Part shown: one piece after another, positions 37,851 through 47,445 of the stretch
Position numbering within the stretch: the stretch's first letter is position 1
Layout: every line of letters starts with the position of its first letter
Assembly (NCBI GenBank): GCA_949493535.1
Contig: CASZWJ010000004.1
Span: 38,877 to 102,876, forward strand
Reading direction: 5' to 3'
DNA: 64,000 bases
Origin: an uncultured Alphaproteobacteria bacterium
GTDB lineage: Bacteria; Pseudomonadota; Alphaproteobacteria; RF32; CAG-239
Program-made: the position numbers and the translations under genes
Notes under the pieces: generated by a model
What the model was told of the DNA's origin: nothing
Database searches by the model: none
What the model saw: the letters and a program-made list of their open reading frames with translations, nothing else

Positions 37851-37932
37851 TTATTTATCCCGAAAAAAAGCCAAACGCCGCGGTTTTTAAGTATAGGCGC
37901 AGATGATTAATATTCAAGTTTTTTTACGGGCT

Positions 37933-37961
37933 TTGACAAACTATTTGCGATATGCTAGTTT
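37933..37961 (+). promoter_or_regulatory. Candidate sigma70-type promoter for the MATE gene (TTGACA-17 bp-TAGTTT)
   Basis: Perfect -35 TTGACA at 37933-37938 and a weak -10 TAGTTT at 37956-37961, 50 bp upstream of ATG 38011. Confidence 0.3.
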
Positions 37962-38010
37962 GCAGGCAAAAGAGGCTTATATTTAATGCCGAAAATATGT
38001 AGAGTGGCAC

Positions 38011-39336
38011 ATGGTTTACAACTTCAAAAAAATATGGGAAATTTCTTATCCTATTCTTTTCGGACTGATTATCCAACAGATAATCGGCCTGACAGACACA
38101 GCTTTTTTAGGGCGTGTCGGGGAAGTTGAACTCGGCGCTTCTGCCATTGCTGGCGTTTTTTATATTATGATTTTTATGCTTGGGCAAGGCTTCAGCGTCG
38201 GCGCGCAAATCATCATCGCCAGAAGAAACGGCGAGAAGAATTTTCAGCGCATAGGCCCGGTATTTTATCAGGGTTCGGCTTTTTTGCTTTTGGCCGCGGC
38301 TGCCGCTATCATCCTTATTTTATGGCAAGCGCCGTTTATCTTAAAACAAGTTATTTCTTCCCCCAAAGTTTTGCAGGCATCTGTCGATTATTTGGAGCCC
38401 AGAGTTTCAGGATTTGTATTTGCTTTTTTAATTGTGATGTTTCGCGCTTTTTACGTGGGCATTACCGATACAAAAATTCTGACTATTAATGCCCTGCTGA
38501 TGCTGGTTGTCAATATTGCTCTGGATTATGTTTTGATTTTCGGAAAGCTCGGCTTGCCGGCCATGGGAATCCGCGGCGCCGCTATCGCATCGGTTATATC
38601 GGAAGCCGTTTCAGCACTGTTTTTTATCATCTATACATTCAAAAAAACAGATTTGAAAAAATACGGTTTTAACAATATTGTTATTGCCGACATGGGCATA
38701 CTCGGAAAAATTCTGAACATCTCTGTCTGGACAATGCTGCAAAGCGTCGTCTCCCTTGCCACATGGCTGATGTTTATTTTAGCCACAGAACACTTAGGCG
38801 AAAGCGAACTGGCAATTACCAACATCTTGCGCAGCATATCTTCCCTGCCTTATATGATCGTCGGCGCATTATACGGTTCTGCCAATGCCATTACCGGAAA
38901 CCTTATCGGTTCAGGCAAAGATGACCAAGTGGAAAGAACCGCAAAAAAAATTATCATTATGGGATATGCTGCCGGTATTGCGCTTGAACTGCTCATGCTG
39001 ATTTCGCCCTATTATGTCATGCGTATTTATTCTGACAACATTGGCCTTATCGCCAGAGCTATTCCCGCCTATTATGTGATGCTGACCGGATATTTGACGC
39101 TTGTTCCCGGTTTTATCCTGCTCGGCGTTATTTCCGGCACCGGCGACACCAAACAAGCCATGGTTCTGGAGCTTATTGCTCTCGGCGCTTATACGCTCAC
39201 CGTGTGGTATGTTGTTATTTATCTTCGGGCGGATATTGCCATTTGCTGGTTCTGCGAACATCCCTATAATATTTTGCTCACATATCTGACTTACAGATAC
39301 TTAAAGAGAAACAATTGGTGCTGCAAAATTATCTGA
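38011..39336 (+). CDS. MATE-family multidrug/Na+ efflux transporter (NorM-like)
   Basis: 441 aa, 12 predicted TM helices. The MATE N-terminal signature is MVYNFKKIWEISYPILFGLIIQQIIGLTDTAFLGRVG...GASAIAGV, with an internal repeat of the 6-TM unit. Confidence 0.8.
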   Translation: MVYNFKKIWEISYPILFGLIIQQIIGLTDTAFLGRVGEVELGASAIAGVFYIMIFMLGQGFSVGAQIIIARRNGEKNFQRIGPVFYQGSAFLLLAAAAAIILILWQAPFILKQVISSPKVLQASVDYLEPRVSGFVFAFLIVMFRAFYVGITDTKILTINALLMLVVNIALDYVLIFGKLGLPAMGIRGAAIASVISEAVSALFFIIYTFKKTDLKKYGFNNIVIADMGILGKILNISVWTMLQSVVSLATWLMFILATEHLGESELAITNILRSISSLPYMIVGALYGSANAITGNLIGSGKDDQVERTAKKIIIMGYAAGIALELLMLISPYYVMRIYSDNIGLIARAIPAYYVMLTGYLTLVPGFILLGVISGTGDTKQAMVLELIALGAYTLTVWYVVIYLRADIAICWFCEHPYNILLTYLTYRYLKRNNWCCKII

Positions 39337-39669
39337 TTGCGCGCACATTATTTTCTTGATTAATCTTCACGCTTCTTCTAAAGTTTAGCTGATTGCAGGC
39401 ATGCCTGCAGTTAGAACCAGAGATGGTTCGGAGCCTTGACAAGCTCTTATACAATACGGTGCCTGATATTGCATCGTCAATCAGTTATGCCTTTTTTGCA
39501 TCCTGATGAAATATCCCCGTGCATAGAAATATGGCCGGGGAGGTTTTAGTGTATGTTCAGAAACTCCGGTTTTAAAGACTAAAACGGTCATTTTATTGTA
39601 TATGATTTGTCAACTCTCCGACCGCCTTCTCAGGCGGTTTTTTGTTACGCATAACACACAACCGGAGAA

Positions 39670-41322
39670 TTGGAATCTATGACCAACAAAACTAACTTTA
39701 TTAAAAGCTTTATATATCCGCAGAACGGAAAAACCGGCAACAATATTCTGTTTGCCATTGCCGCAACGACAGCTGTTCTTGCTCCCGATATGATTATGAA
39801 CTATGCGGCAAACGCACATATTATTCAGGAACCTTTGTTTGTTTTATATCTTGGCGGCTTTATGCTGCTTCTGTCTTTCTGCCAAAACAAATTCGTTTAT
39901 GCCGTCATCGGCATTATTGCGCTTATGCAAACAATTCAGCTCAATTTTATGGCTTATTTCGGGCAGCCAATTACCGCCAGCGAAATCATGAATATTATAA
40001 ATGAAAAGCGCGATATTTTCGATGCAGCCTATCTGCGGCAGACATGGTTTGTAATGCCGGCGATTATCCTCTTTTACGGCATGATTGTTTTTATTTTTTA
40101 CACTGGCAGCAGGGAATCCGTCAAAATCCGCTGGATGTTTCTGATTGTTTTATACCTTATGTCGCACAAACCTTATCGCGCGTGGAGCGAAACCAAAGGA
40201 ATCTGGTATTTCCAGCCCGGTCCGACACGCCCGACGCTCAAAAACAGCATCAATACTTTTTCGTATTTCTTTTTTCAATATTTACGGAAAGACAACCATA
40301 CTTCGGAAGTTGCCTACAAACCATATAAAGTGCAAGAGCATGCCTCTGAAGCCGAAAATATTTTATTGATATTCGGCGAGAGTTTATACAGTCCGCATAT
40401 GCCGATGTATGGCTATGGGCGCAACACTTTCCCCAAACTTGCCGCGCGCTTAAGCCAAGCGCCGCAAGCAGCCATTGCGGCTTCAATATCGCCGGGTATC
40501 TCGACGGCAACCTCTACGGCATTGTTTTTTAATTCCGTCCGAGAACCGGGGAATATAAAAGAAATCAACAACCAGACGGCAAACCTGTTTCGCATAGCCA
40601 AACAAAACGGCTTTGAAACTTATTATTACTCTAATCAGGAATCCAGATTGACTATGAATATCGGCGTCAAATATATCGACCATATCGCCAATAATGATTC
40701 CGAACCGGTTTTATTCGGAAAATTCCACGATGAAGGTTTGGTTGAGCTTTTGCGCAAAACAGATTTCGGCAAAGGAAAAAAATTTGTTGTCCTGCATATG
40801 CGTTCACCGCACCTGCCTTATGAAAAACACTATAAAAACCGCAAAAGCGAGTTTGAAAAATTTGTTCCGGCAGAAACAGGCAAAAACCGGTTGGAATATA
40901 CAATCAACACATATGATAATGCCCTGCTCTATACAGACTTTGTCATAGATGAGATTATTGATGTGTTCAACAGAGCCAATGCCGGCAAAAAAGCCACCGT
41001 TTTTTTAACGGCAGACCACGGACAGCTTTTTGACTTTCAGGGTTTGTGGGGACACAATCATCTGCTTGCGGAGCAAGGTAAAGTTCCGGCCGTTATTTTC
41101 GGATATAATGCCGATAAACTCCCGCCTGTCATCTCTTCTTATCAATTCGGCAAAAAGATTTTGGAAACTCTCGGCGGAAAGCTTATTAATGCAAACGAAG
41201 ACAACCGGCATTTTCTGCACGGAAACAATATTTATTATCCATATGATTTTCTCGAATATCAGATTTCGGAGAGCGGAAAAATTATTGAAAACGGCATTAA
41301 AAATACCAATGAAATAAAATAA
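39670..41322 (+). CDS. Phosphoethanolamine transferase family membrane protein (EptA/EptB/OpgE-like, sulfatase-type catalytic domain)
   Basis: The N-terminal 180 aa hold 4-5 TM helices. The C-terminal alkaline-phosphatase-superfamily domain shows ILLIFGESLYSPHM, the metal and nucleophile region. It also shows VVLHMRSPHLPYE and FLTADHGQLF, the HxxP and DHG motifs of LTA-synthase/PEtN transferases. Confidence 0.7.
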   Translation: MESMTNKTNFIKSFIYPQNGKTGNNILFAIAATTAVLAPDMIMNYAANAHIIQEPLFVLYLGGFMLLLSFCQNKFVYAVIGIIALMQTIQLNFMAYFGQPITASEIMNIINEKRDIFDAAYLRQTWFVMPAIILFYGMIVFIFYTGSRESVKIRWMFLIVLYLMSHKPYRAWSETKGIWYFQPGPTRPTLKNSINTFSYFFFQYLRKDNHTSEVAYKPYKVQEHASEAENILLIFGESLYSPHMPMYGYGRNTFPKLAARLSQAPQAAIAASISPGISTATSTALFFNSVREPGNIKEINNQTANLFRIAKQNGFETYYYSNQESRLTMNIGVKYIDHIANNDSEPVLFGKFHDEGLVELLRKTDFGKGKKFVVLHMRSPHLPYEKHYKNRKSEFEKFVPAETGKNRLEYTINTYDNALLYTDFVIDEIIDVFNRANAGKKATVFLTADHGQLFDFQGLWGHNHLLAEQGKVPAVIFGYNADKLPPVISSYQFGKKILETLGGKLINANEDNRHFLHGNNIYYPYDFLEYQISESGKIIENGIKNTNEIK

Positions 41323-41480
41323 TCCGCCCTTTAAGGCTCTGCCGCACCAACGGAGCCTTTTTGTCCGGCAGATTTCGCCATGATTTCTGCCGGATTTTTT
41401 TTATCATATAAAAATATGCTTTTTATAAAAAAAACTATTGACGGATAAGATTAAATATATTAATTATATCGCCAGACGAT

Positions 41481-41566
41481 GGGGGTATGGCGGAACTGGT
41501 AGACGCGCTAGACTCAAAATCTTGTTCCCACAAGGAGTGTCAGTTCGAGTCTGACTACCCCTACCA
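41481..41566 (+). tRNA. tRNA-Leu (anticodon CAA), class II with long variable arm
   Basis: The sequence GGGGGTATGGCGGAACTGGTAGACGCGCTAGACTCAAAATCTTGTTCCCACAAGGAGTGTCAGTTCGAGTCTGACTACCCCTACCA folds as a cloverleaf. It has a 7-bp acceptor stem with one G-U pair, D-arm GCG/CGC, anticodon loop CTCAAAA, a long extra arm, T-arm GTCAG-TTCGAGT-CTGAC, discriminator A and CCA. It has the same architecture as E. coli tRNA-Leu. One U-U mismatch lies in the anticodon stem. ORF 41487-41720 overlapping it is spurious. Confidence 0.8.
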
Positions 41567-41572
41567 CTTTGA

Positions 41573-41601
41573 AAAGCCGGATTTATTTCCGGCTTTTTTT
41601 T
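41573..41601 (+). terminator. Rho-independent terminator after tRNA-Leu (AAAGCCGGA-TTTATTT-CCGGCTTT + T8)
   Basis: Perfect inverted repeat followed by TTTTTTTT. Confidence 0.55.
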
Positions 41602-41612
41602 ATATCTTAGCC

Positions 41613-42221
41613 TTATCCAACTATTTCTCTTCTAATATATTTTATCTTATCTGCTTTTATGTTTGTATAAAAAGCCTGTTTTTTGCAATAATGAAGACGT
41701 CCATAAAAATCGCATTCTGATTTATACATTTCTAATGGATTTTCGTTATAATTTTCAAAATTACATAAATAATTCACATATAATACATTTATAAAACATC
41801 CCGTATTTAAATTTTCCGATGATGTTAAAATTTGATTTAACTGTTTTACAGACCCAAAAATCTCTGTATCAAATTTCTGAGAAAAATCTATAAAAATAAA
41901 ATCCTCCTTTGTGGTCTCTATTTGCAAACCGACAACTTCTGCTATCTTAAAAGAACGTCCTCGTTCACGTTTATTTTCTATTAATAACTTTGCTTCATGA
42001 AAAGATGCTGCAAACCATCCCATATGGTATGAAGTGTATCCTCTACCAGTCAATACTTCATATAATTTTATAAATCTTATATTTGTTATTTCTTTTTTTA
42101 TAATTTCTTTATTCCCTGAAAATAAAGGAATACTATAGGATAAAGATGTTTTCTTTCTCTTTGTATCAGCAATAATCAATCTACGTTTTTCATCTTCGAA
42201 ATTATAGATAATAGCGTTCAT
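41613..42221 (-). CDS. Hypothetical protein encoded by a markedly AT-rich (about 27-30% GC) orphan gene next to tRNA-Leu
   Basis: Strong AAGGAG RBS 7 nt before ATG 42221 (MNAIIYNFEDEK...). The codon usage is AT-extreme compared with flanking genes. The sequence ...GYTSYHMGWFAASFHEAKLLIENKRERGRSFKIAEVVGLQIE... matches no family I recognise. Confidence 0.45.
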   Translation of the reverse strand: MNAIIYNFEDEKRRLIIADTKRKKTSLSYSIPLFSGNKEIIKKEITNIRFIKLYEVLTGRGYTSYHMGWFAASFHEAKLLIENKRERGRSFKIAEVVGLQIETTKEDFIFIDFSQKFDTEIFGSVKQLNQILTSSENLNTGCFINVLYVNYLCNFENYNENPLEMYKSECDFYGRLHYCKKQAFYTNIKADKIKYIRREIVG

Positions 42222-42531
42222 TATTTTCTCCTTTAAAATAAAAAAGCTCAATTAAAAATATTTTTAACTGAGCAAATACAAAAAAAACAGCTATTTGCAT
42301 AGCTGTCCAATATTCTGCCTATATGGCTTTTATAGAGTTATTTTAGCTAAAATTTAAATCTGTGTCAATTATTTTTTGCATCAATAAAAAATGAATCGAT
42401 TCACTTTTTAAGATGTCGGTGTGCAAAATTTTCGTTAGCTGACTCCGAAATTTAGGCATATGGCAAAATCTTGTTTTCTTCCGAAAAATTAACATTTTAT
42501 TAATATACAGTTTTTTTAGGAGGATAAAAAA

Positions 42532-42747
42532 ATGTTAAAGGTAAATGTTGCAGGCTATCTTATTCATAATCTGGCCGGAATGAACTACGACAACAACGAA
42601 GCTGCTGTCGCTCAGACCATTGATATGCTTGTAGATTCATGGTCTGATAACAGATACCTTTCCGTCCAGCCTAATCTTGAATATCACATCAAGCCGGATC
42701 AGGTTAACTTTGGAAAAACACCGTTACGCGCGGTCACCAATTGTTGA
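42532..42747 (+). CDS. Hypothetical small protein (71 aa) with strong RBS
   Basis: TAGGAGGAT RBS 8 nt upstream of ATG 42532. MLKVNVAGYLIHNLAGMNYDNNEAAVAQTIDMLVDSWSDNRYLSVQPNLEYHIKPDQVNFGKTPLRAVTNC. A hairpin terminator lies downstream. Confidence 0.4.
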   Translation: MLKVNVAGYLIHNLAGMNYDNNEAAVAQTIDMLVDSWSDNRYLSVQPNLEYHIKPDQVNFGKTPLRAVTNC

Positions 42748-42803
42748 TGAGTTTTTTTATTATTATGCCGACATGATTACATCTCTCAAACACACACAAC
42801 AAA

Positions 42804-42830
42804 AAGGCTGTTCAGAATGAACAGCCTTTT
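42804..42830. terminator. Bidirectional hairpin terminator (AAGGCTGTTC-AGAA-TGAACAGCCTT)
   Basis: Perfect 10-bp stem with T-run downstream on + and A-run upstream, between 42532-42747 (+) and the cysS stop at 42850 (-). Confidence 0.5.
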
Positions 42831-42849
42831 ATCTTTATCAGAACATCAA

Positions 42850-44274
42850 TTACAACCTTTTCCAAGAGGTACCGTTGGGGCCGTCTTCAAGAACAATCCC
42901 CTGCTCTTTCAGCTCATTGCGGATTTTGTCGGCCGTTGCCCAGTCTTTGTTCTTTTTGGCTTCGGCACGAGCGGCAATTTTAGCTTCAATTTCAGAATCG
43001 CCGCCTTCGGCAACATCACCCCTGAACCAAGCTTCCGGATTTTGCCACAATAATCCCAGCAGATAAGCATTTGCCAAAAGTTCGGATTTGTATTTTACCT
43101 TATCTTCCTGCGTTTCCGCCTTGTTCAGGTTATTGACGTTTTCATGCAGGTATGACAAAGCTAAAGGCGTATTCAAATCATCGGCCAAAGCCTCGACTAC
43201 TCTGGCGTCGGGAGCAACATCTTCAACCTTTACACCAATATTTTTCAAAAGGGCGTTATAGAATTTATCCAAAGTGGTTTTGGCATTCTGCAAGCCTTCA
43301 AACGTGAAGTTAAACGGCTGGTGGTAATGCGTGGTTAAAAACAGCAGGCGCAGCGCTTCTGCCGGAGCTTTTTGCAAAACTTCGTCAAGCGTGAAGAAAT
43401 TTCCCAAAGATTTGGACATTTTAACGCCGTCAACCATAAGCATGCCGGCATGTACCCAATAATGGGCAAAGCGGCTGCCTTCAAAAGCACAGCAAGATTG
43501 GGCGCATTCGTTTTCGTGGTGCGGAAAAATCAAGTCAGATCCGCCGCCGTGAATATCAAAATCATTGCCCAAAAGTTTTGAACTCATGGCAGAGCATTCC
43601 AGATGCCAGCCCGGGCGTCCGTATCCCCAAGGGCTTTCCCAACCCGGTTCGTCTGGGTTAGAAGGCTTCCACAGTACAAAATCCGCCGGATTTTTCTTAT
43701 AATCGGCAACTTCTACTCTGGCGCCGGCCAGCATCTCTTTCATCGAACGTCCGGACAAGCAGCCGTAATCAGGCATAGAATCAACATCAAACAGCACATG
43801 CCCTTCGGCTTCATAAGCATGCCCGTTGTCCAGCAGGCGTTTGACCAGTTCTATCATCTCGTTGATATAATCCGTTGCTCTCGGGCGGAAATTCGGCTCC
43901 AGGTTGCCGAGTTTTTTCATATCTTCAATATACCAGTTATATGTTTCTTCGGTAATCTCGCGGATCGGCTTTCCGGTTTCTTTATGCTTGTTGAGAATTT
44001 TGTCGTCAACATCGGTAATGTTGGAAACATAAGTCACATGTTCCGCTCCGTAAACATGGCGCAACAAGCGGTAAAGCACATCATATGAAACAGGCGTTTT
44101 GCCGTTGCCCAAATGTGCTTTGTCATAAACGGTCGGACCACAGACATACATGCGCACATTATTACAGTCGATAGGACCAAATTTTTCTTTACGACGTTTC
44201 AATGTATTGTGCAAATAGATGTCTACCACGTTTTTTCTCCTTATGTGCCAAACTGCCGAGTTTTCGGCAAACAA
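42850..44274 (-). CDS. cysS: Cysteinyl-tRNA synthetase
   Basis: Class I aaRS with N-terminal YVCGPTVYDKAHLGN (HIGH-type motif) and KMSKSLGN. A zinc-binding Cys region is present. The overall about 470-aa architecture matches CysS. The exact start codon is uncertain. Confidence 0.9.
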   Translation of the reverse strand: MFAENSAVWHIRRKNVVDIYLHNTLKRRKEKFGPIDCNNVRMYVCGPTVYDKAHLGNGKTPVSYDVLYRLLRHVYGAEHVTYVSNITDVDDKILNKHKETGKPIREITEETYNWYIEDMKKLGNLEPNFRPRATDYINEMIELVKRLLDNGHAYEAEGHVLFDVDSMPDYGCLSGRSMKEMLAGARVEVADYKKNPADFVLWKPSNPDEPGWESPWGYGRPGWHLECSAMSSKLLGNDFDIHGGGSDLIFPHHENECAQSCCAFEGSRFAHYWVHAGMLMVDGVKMSKSLGNFFTLDEVLQKAPAEALRLLFLTTHYHQPFNFTFEGLQNAKTTLDKFYNALLKNIGVKVEDVAPDARVVEALADDLNTPLALSYLHENVNNLNKAETQEDKVKYKSELLANAYLLGLLWQNPEAWFRGDVAEGGDSEIEAKIAARAEAKKNKDWATADKIRNELKEQGIVLEDGPNGTSWKRL

Positions 44275-44280
44275 TGTATT

Positions 44281-45603
44281 TTAAGCTTCAATTCCTTTTA
44301 AGCGGTTATATGCTTTTTCCCGCCCCATCAAAGGCAGCAGAATTTTAAGTTCGGGACCGTTTTCCTGAGCCGTTAAGGCCTTGCGTATCGGGTGGAATAA
44401 ATCCCTTCCCTTTTTGCCGGTCTGAGCTTTTACCTCATTAACCCAAGCGCTCCAAGTTTCTTCATTCCACGGCTCCGGCGGCAAAAGTTCGGCAGCAGCC
44501 GAAGTTAAAGCCTCATCTTCAATTACCGGTTTAACTTTTTGATGACAAATCCCTTTCCATGCATTGATATCATCAACCGTTTCCAGATTGCCTTTGACCG
44601 CATTCCAAAAAGCTTCGTCGACGCCGGCGCGTTCTTTAACATAAGCATAAGGCGCAGCATGGATAAACTTGGCATTAAAAATTTTCAGTTCATCAACATC
44701 AAATTTCGGTTGGGAACGTCCGATTTTTGCAAAATCCAAAGACGCGGCCAGTGTATTCAAATCATAAAAAGGCTCTATGGCTTCCGAAGTACCCAGTTTG
44801 GCCAAGAAAGAACTGATTGCCATGGCTTCGACGCCTTCTTCGCGCAATTCGCGGACGCCCAAACTTCCCAAACGTTTGGAGAGTTTTCCTTCTTTGCCGG
44901 TCAGCAGCGGCAGATGCGCAAATGAGGGAACCTTGCCGCCCAAAGCTTCAAACATCTGAACCTGAGAAGCCGTATTGGTCACATGGTCTTCTCCGCGGAC
45001 AATATGCGTAATGCCGAAATCAACATCGTCAATAACCGAAGGCAAATGATACAAAAAGCTGCCGTCTTCGCGAATGATAATCGGGTCGCTCAAATTATGC
45101 GCCTCGTATTTAACCTCGCCTCTGACCATATCGTTCCATTTGATTTCGCCGTCAAGCAGTTTGAAACGGTAGTGCGGTTTGCGCCCCTCGGCTTCATAAG
45201 CGGCAATTTCTTCTTTTGTCAGGGCCAAAGACTTGCGGTCATAAATCGGCGGCAAGCCTTTGTTCATCAGGCGTTTGCGCATAAACTCCAATTCTTCGGC
45301 CGTTTCATAGCAGGCATAAATCCGCTCTTGAGCCTTGAGCTTTTCAACAACTTCGTTATAGCGGTCAAAACGAGCCGACTGGCGGGCTTCTTCTTCCCAG
45401 ACTAATCCCAGCCATTTTAAAGACTCCCGCAGAGAAAGCTCATATTCTTCTTTTGAACGCAATTTATCCGTATCATCAATACGCAGCATAAATTTTCCGC
45501 CCAGCTTTTTTGCCAAAAGCCAATTAAACAATGCCGTGCGCGTGTTGCCGATGTGCATATAACCGGTCGGGCTCGGGGCAAATCTAACTTTGATTTCCGT
45601 CAT
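44281..45603 (-). CDS. gltX: Glutamyl-tRNA synthetase
   Basis: MTEIKVRFAPSPTGYMHIGNTRTALFNWLLAKK has the GluRS N-terminus with its HIGH-variant. KLSKR is the KMSKS-variant. 440 aa. It lies 6 nt upstream of cysS on the same strand. Confidence 0.9.
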   Translation of the reverse strand: MTEIKVRFAPSPTGYMHIGNTRTALFNWLLAKKLGGKFMLRIDDTDKLRSKEEYELSLRESLKWLGLVWEEEARQSARFDRYNEVVEKLKAQERIYACYETAEELEFMRKRLMNKGLPPIYDRKSLALTKEEIAAYEAEGRKPHYRFKLLDGEIKWNDMVRGEVKYEAHNLSDPIIIREDGSFLYHLPSVIDDVDFGITHIVRGEDHVTNTASQVQMFEALGGKVPSFAHLPLLTGKEGKLSKRLGSLGVRELREEGVEAMAISSFLAKLGTSEAIEPFYDLNTLAASLDFAKIGRSQPKFDVDELKIFNAKFIHAAPYAYVKERAGVDEAFWNAVKGNLETVDDINAWKGICHQKVKPVIEDEALTSAAAELLPPEPWNEETWSAWVNEVKAQTGKKGRDLFHPIRKALTAQENGPELKILLPLMGREKAYNRLKGIEA

Positions 45604-45705
45604 AATAAAAAAAATCCACCTCAGAATTAAAAAAACTAAAGTGGATATTATAAGTTTCCGCCAATAAATTCAAGGCTATTTTATATACAAAGTGTAATTT
45701 ATTCC

Positions 45706-46365
45706 CTATTGGTTTTGCAATTTCATCTGATTTGTCCGCTCTGTTGAAACGACGGAGTTTTCAAGGTCTTCCAAAAACCATTCCATATCGCCGTCAACAT
45801 CGGCAACCATTTGGTAGAATCGGTTGCGGTAAGATAAAATCAGGCTGCTTTCTGCCAATTTCAAATCTATCAGCTTTATCTTATTATTTTGTCCCGTCAA
45901 ACGAAACATCACGTTTATTTTTTGAGACTGCCCCTCGTTTTGCCAATTGCCGCCCAAATCTATAAAAGCCCAAACATCAGTATAACCGTTGCCGGGCCGG
46001 GCATTATTTATCGAAAAAGTTATCGGCTTGTCAAAAGTCAGAGGAAAGCTTTTATAAACGCCCAAAGCATAGCGCTTGAACAATTCCTGATAGCGCTGCT
46101 GCTGCTCGGGAGTCATTTCGCGCCAATGCTTGCCTATAACAAATTTGGAAATATACGGCAAGTCGACATGCTCTATAAACAATTCATCCAATAATTTATA
46201 TTTTTTGCCGATATCTTTAACCTGAAACGTTTCAAGCAGCAGATTTCCTTTATCTTCAGCCCATTGCTCAGCGGCTGCCGACGACGGTCCCGCAGCCTGA
46301 ACGGCCGCTGCGCCCAGCAAACAAAAACAGACGATAATAAGTTGTAAAAATCTCTTACTTTTCAT
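45706..46365 (-). CDS. mlaC: Periplasmic phospholipid-binding protein MlaC (Ttg2D family)
   Basis: Signal peptide MKSKRFLQLIIVCFCLLGAAAVQA. ...ELFIEHVDLPYISKFVIGKHWREMTPEQQQRYQELFKRYALGVY... matches the MlaC/Ttg2D pattern (V.GR.W......Q...F...F...L...Y). Confidence 0.65.
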   Translation of the reverse strand: MKSKRFLQLIIVCFCLLGAAAVQAAGPSSAAAEQWAEDKGNLLLETFQVKDIGKKYKLLDELFIEHVDLPYISKFVIGKHWREMTPEQQQRYQELFKRYALGVYKSFPLTFDKPITFSINNARPGNGYTDVWAFIDLGGNWQNEGQSQKINVMFRLTGQNNKIKLIDLKLAESSLILSYRNRFYQMVADVDGDMEWFLEDLENSVVSTERTNQMKLQNQ

Positions 46366-46425
46366 GAAAATATGTCCTATAGTAATCGCAAATTTGATTT
46401 ATTATAGCATATATTGGTTAATAAA

Positions 46426-47445
46426 ATGAAACTTAAATTTTGGGTTGTCCTGTTATTTTGTATTTTTGCCGTCAGACAAGCAGAAGCCGCTGATACCGGT
46501 TTTCGTTACATTAATACCCGAGGCACGGTGCGTTGCGGTTCGGAACTGCAAAGCAACACTTATGCTTATAAGGATGAAGCCGGATATTGGCGCGGCATTG
46601 ACGCTGATTTGTGCCGGCTTTTTTCAATCGCCGTTTTCGGACGTTCAGACCGTTTTGAACTGGTTGACGTCAAACCCTCGCAGGTCAACAAAGCCATTGC
46701 CACCAATAAAATAGACATCATGCTCGGCGATGCCCCCGGAACAGCCAGCCGCGACGTCAGCGGCAAAGCAACTCAGGCAGAGCTGATGTATTATGCCCGC
46801 CAGATGTTTCTGGCGCAAAAAATTGAAGGTGCGACCTCAATGGAAGCTTATAAAGGCAAGAAAGTCTGCGTGGTTACAAATTCAGAAGACTATTACAATC
46901 TGCAAGACTACAGCGACAAATATGACTTGGATTTGCAGCCGCTGTTTTTTGCCGACAGGGTGCGTGCTAAAGAGGCTTTCCTGCTCAAGCGCTGCGATTT
47001 GTTTACCGGCAATGAGATTTATCTGAAAAGCGTTTATGACCAGGTGAACAATGACAATATGAACCTCGTCTTGCTGCCGGAAGTGATTGCCGACAAGCCG
47101 ATTTATGCGCAGGTCCTCAAAGACAACCAGAAGCTTCGCATTGCCATTAAATGGATTATGAACGCTGTTACTTTGGCTGAAAAGAAAGGGATCAACTCCA
47201 AAAATATTGATATTTTTATCGGCGTGAAAGACGGTTCAATCAAAAACCTTTTGGGTATTAATCCCGATTTGTGGAACAAGTTTCAGCTCAAACCGACTTG
47301 GGTCAAAACAGCCATTACCGAGCTTGGCAACTATGGCGAAATTTATGAAAAAAATCTCGGGTCTTTATCAAAATTTGAAATTGAACGCGGGCGCAACAAG
47401 CTGGTTGAAGACGGCGGACTGATTAAATCGCAATCTTTTTTCTAG
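46426..47445 (+). CDS. Amino-acid ABC transporter periplasmic substrate-binding protein (family 3; AapJ/BztA-like, about 340 aa)
   Basis: Signal peptide MKLKFWVVLLFCIFAVRQAEA. The protein is of type-3 SBP size and pattern (GIDADLCR...KIDIMLGD...). The ORF-track start at 46414 is a TTG. ATG 46426 is preferred as start. Confidence 0.6.
   Translation: MKLKFWVVLLFCIFAVRQAEAADTGFRYINTRGTVRCGSELQSNTYAYKDEAGYWRGIDADLCRLFSIAVFGRSDRFELVDVKPSQVNKAIATNKIDIMLGDAPGTASRDVSGKATQAELMYYARQMFLAQKIEGATSMEAYKGKKVCVVTNSEDYYNLQDYSDKYDLDLQPLFFADRVRAKEAFLLKRCDLFTGNEIYLKSVYDQVNNDNMNLVLLPEVIADKPIYAQVLKDNQKLRIAIKWIMNAVTLAEKKGINSKNIDIFIGVKDGSIKNLLGINPDLWNKFQLKPTWVKTAITELGNYGEIYEKNLGSLSKFEIERGRNKLVEDGGLIKSQSFF

Noticed and set aside
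39381-39406. 18-bp perfect palindrome CTGCAGGCATGCCTGCAG (PstI-SphI-PstI, resembling part of a pUC polylinker)
   Set aside because: Only 11 nt coincide with the pUC MCS and the symmetry explains the resemblance. It is most likely a stem-loop downstream of the MATE gene. There is no U-run, so it was not called as a terminator.
41487-41720. 77-aa ORF on the plus strand
   Set aside because: Its first about 80 nt are the tRNA-Leu(CAA) gene and the rest is the terminator and AT-rich spacer, so it is not coding.
45604-45705. Possible terminator between mlaC and gltX
   Set aside because: There is only a 5-bp stem (TCCAC/GTGGA) with a roughly 24-nt loop, which is too weak to call.
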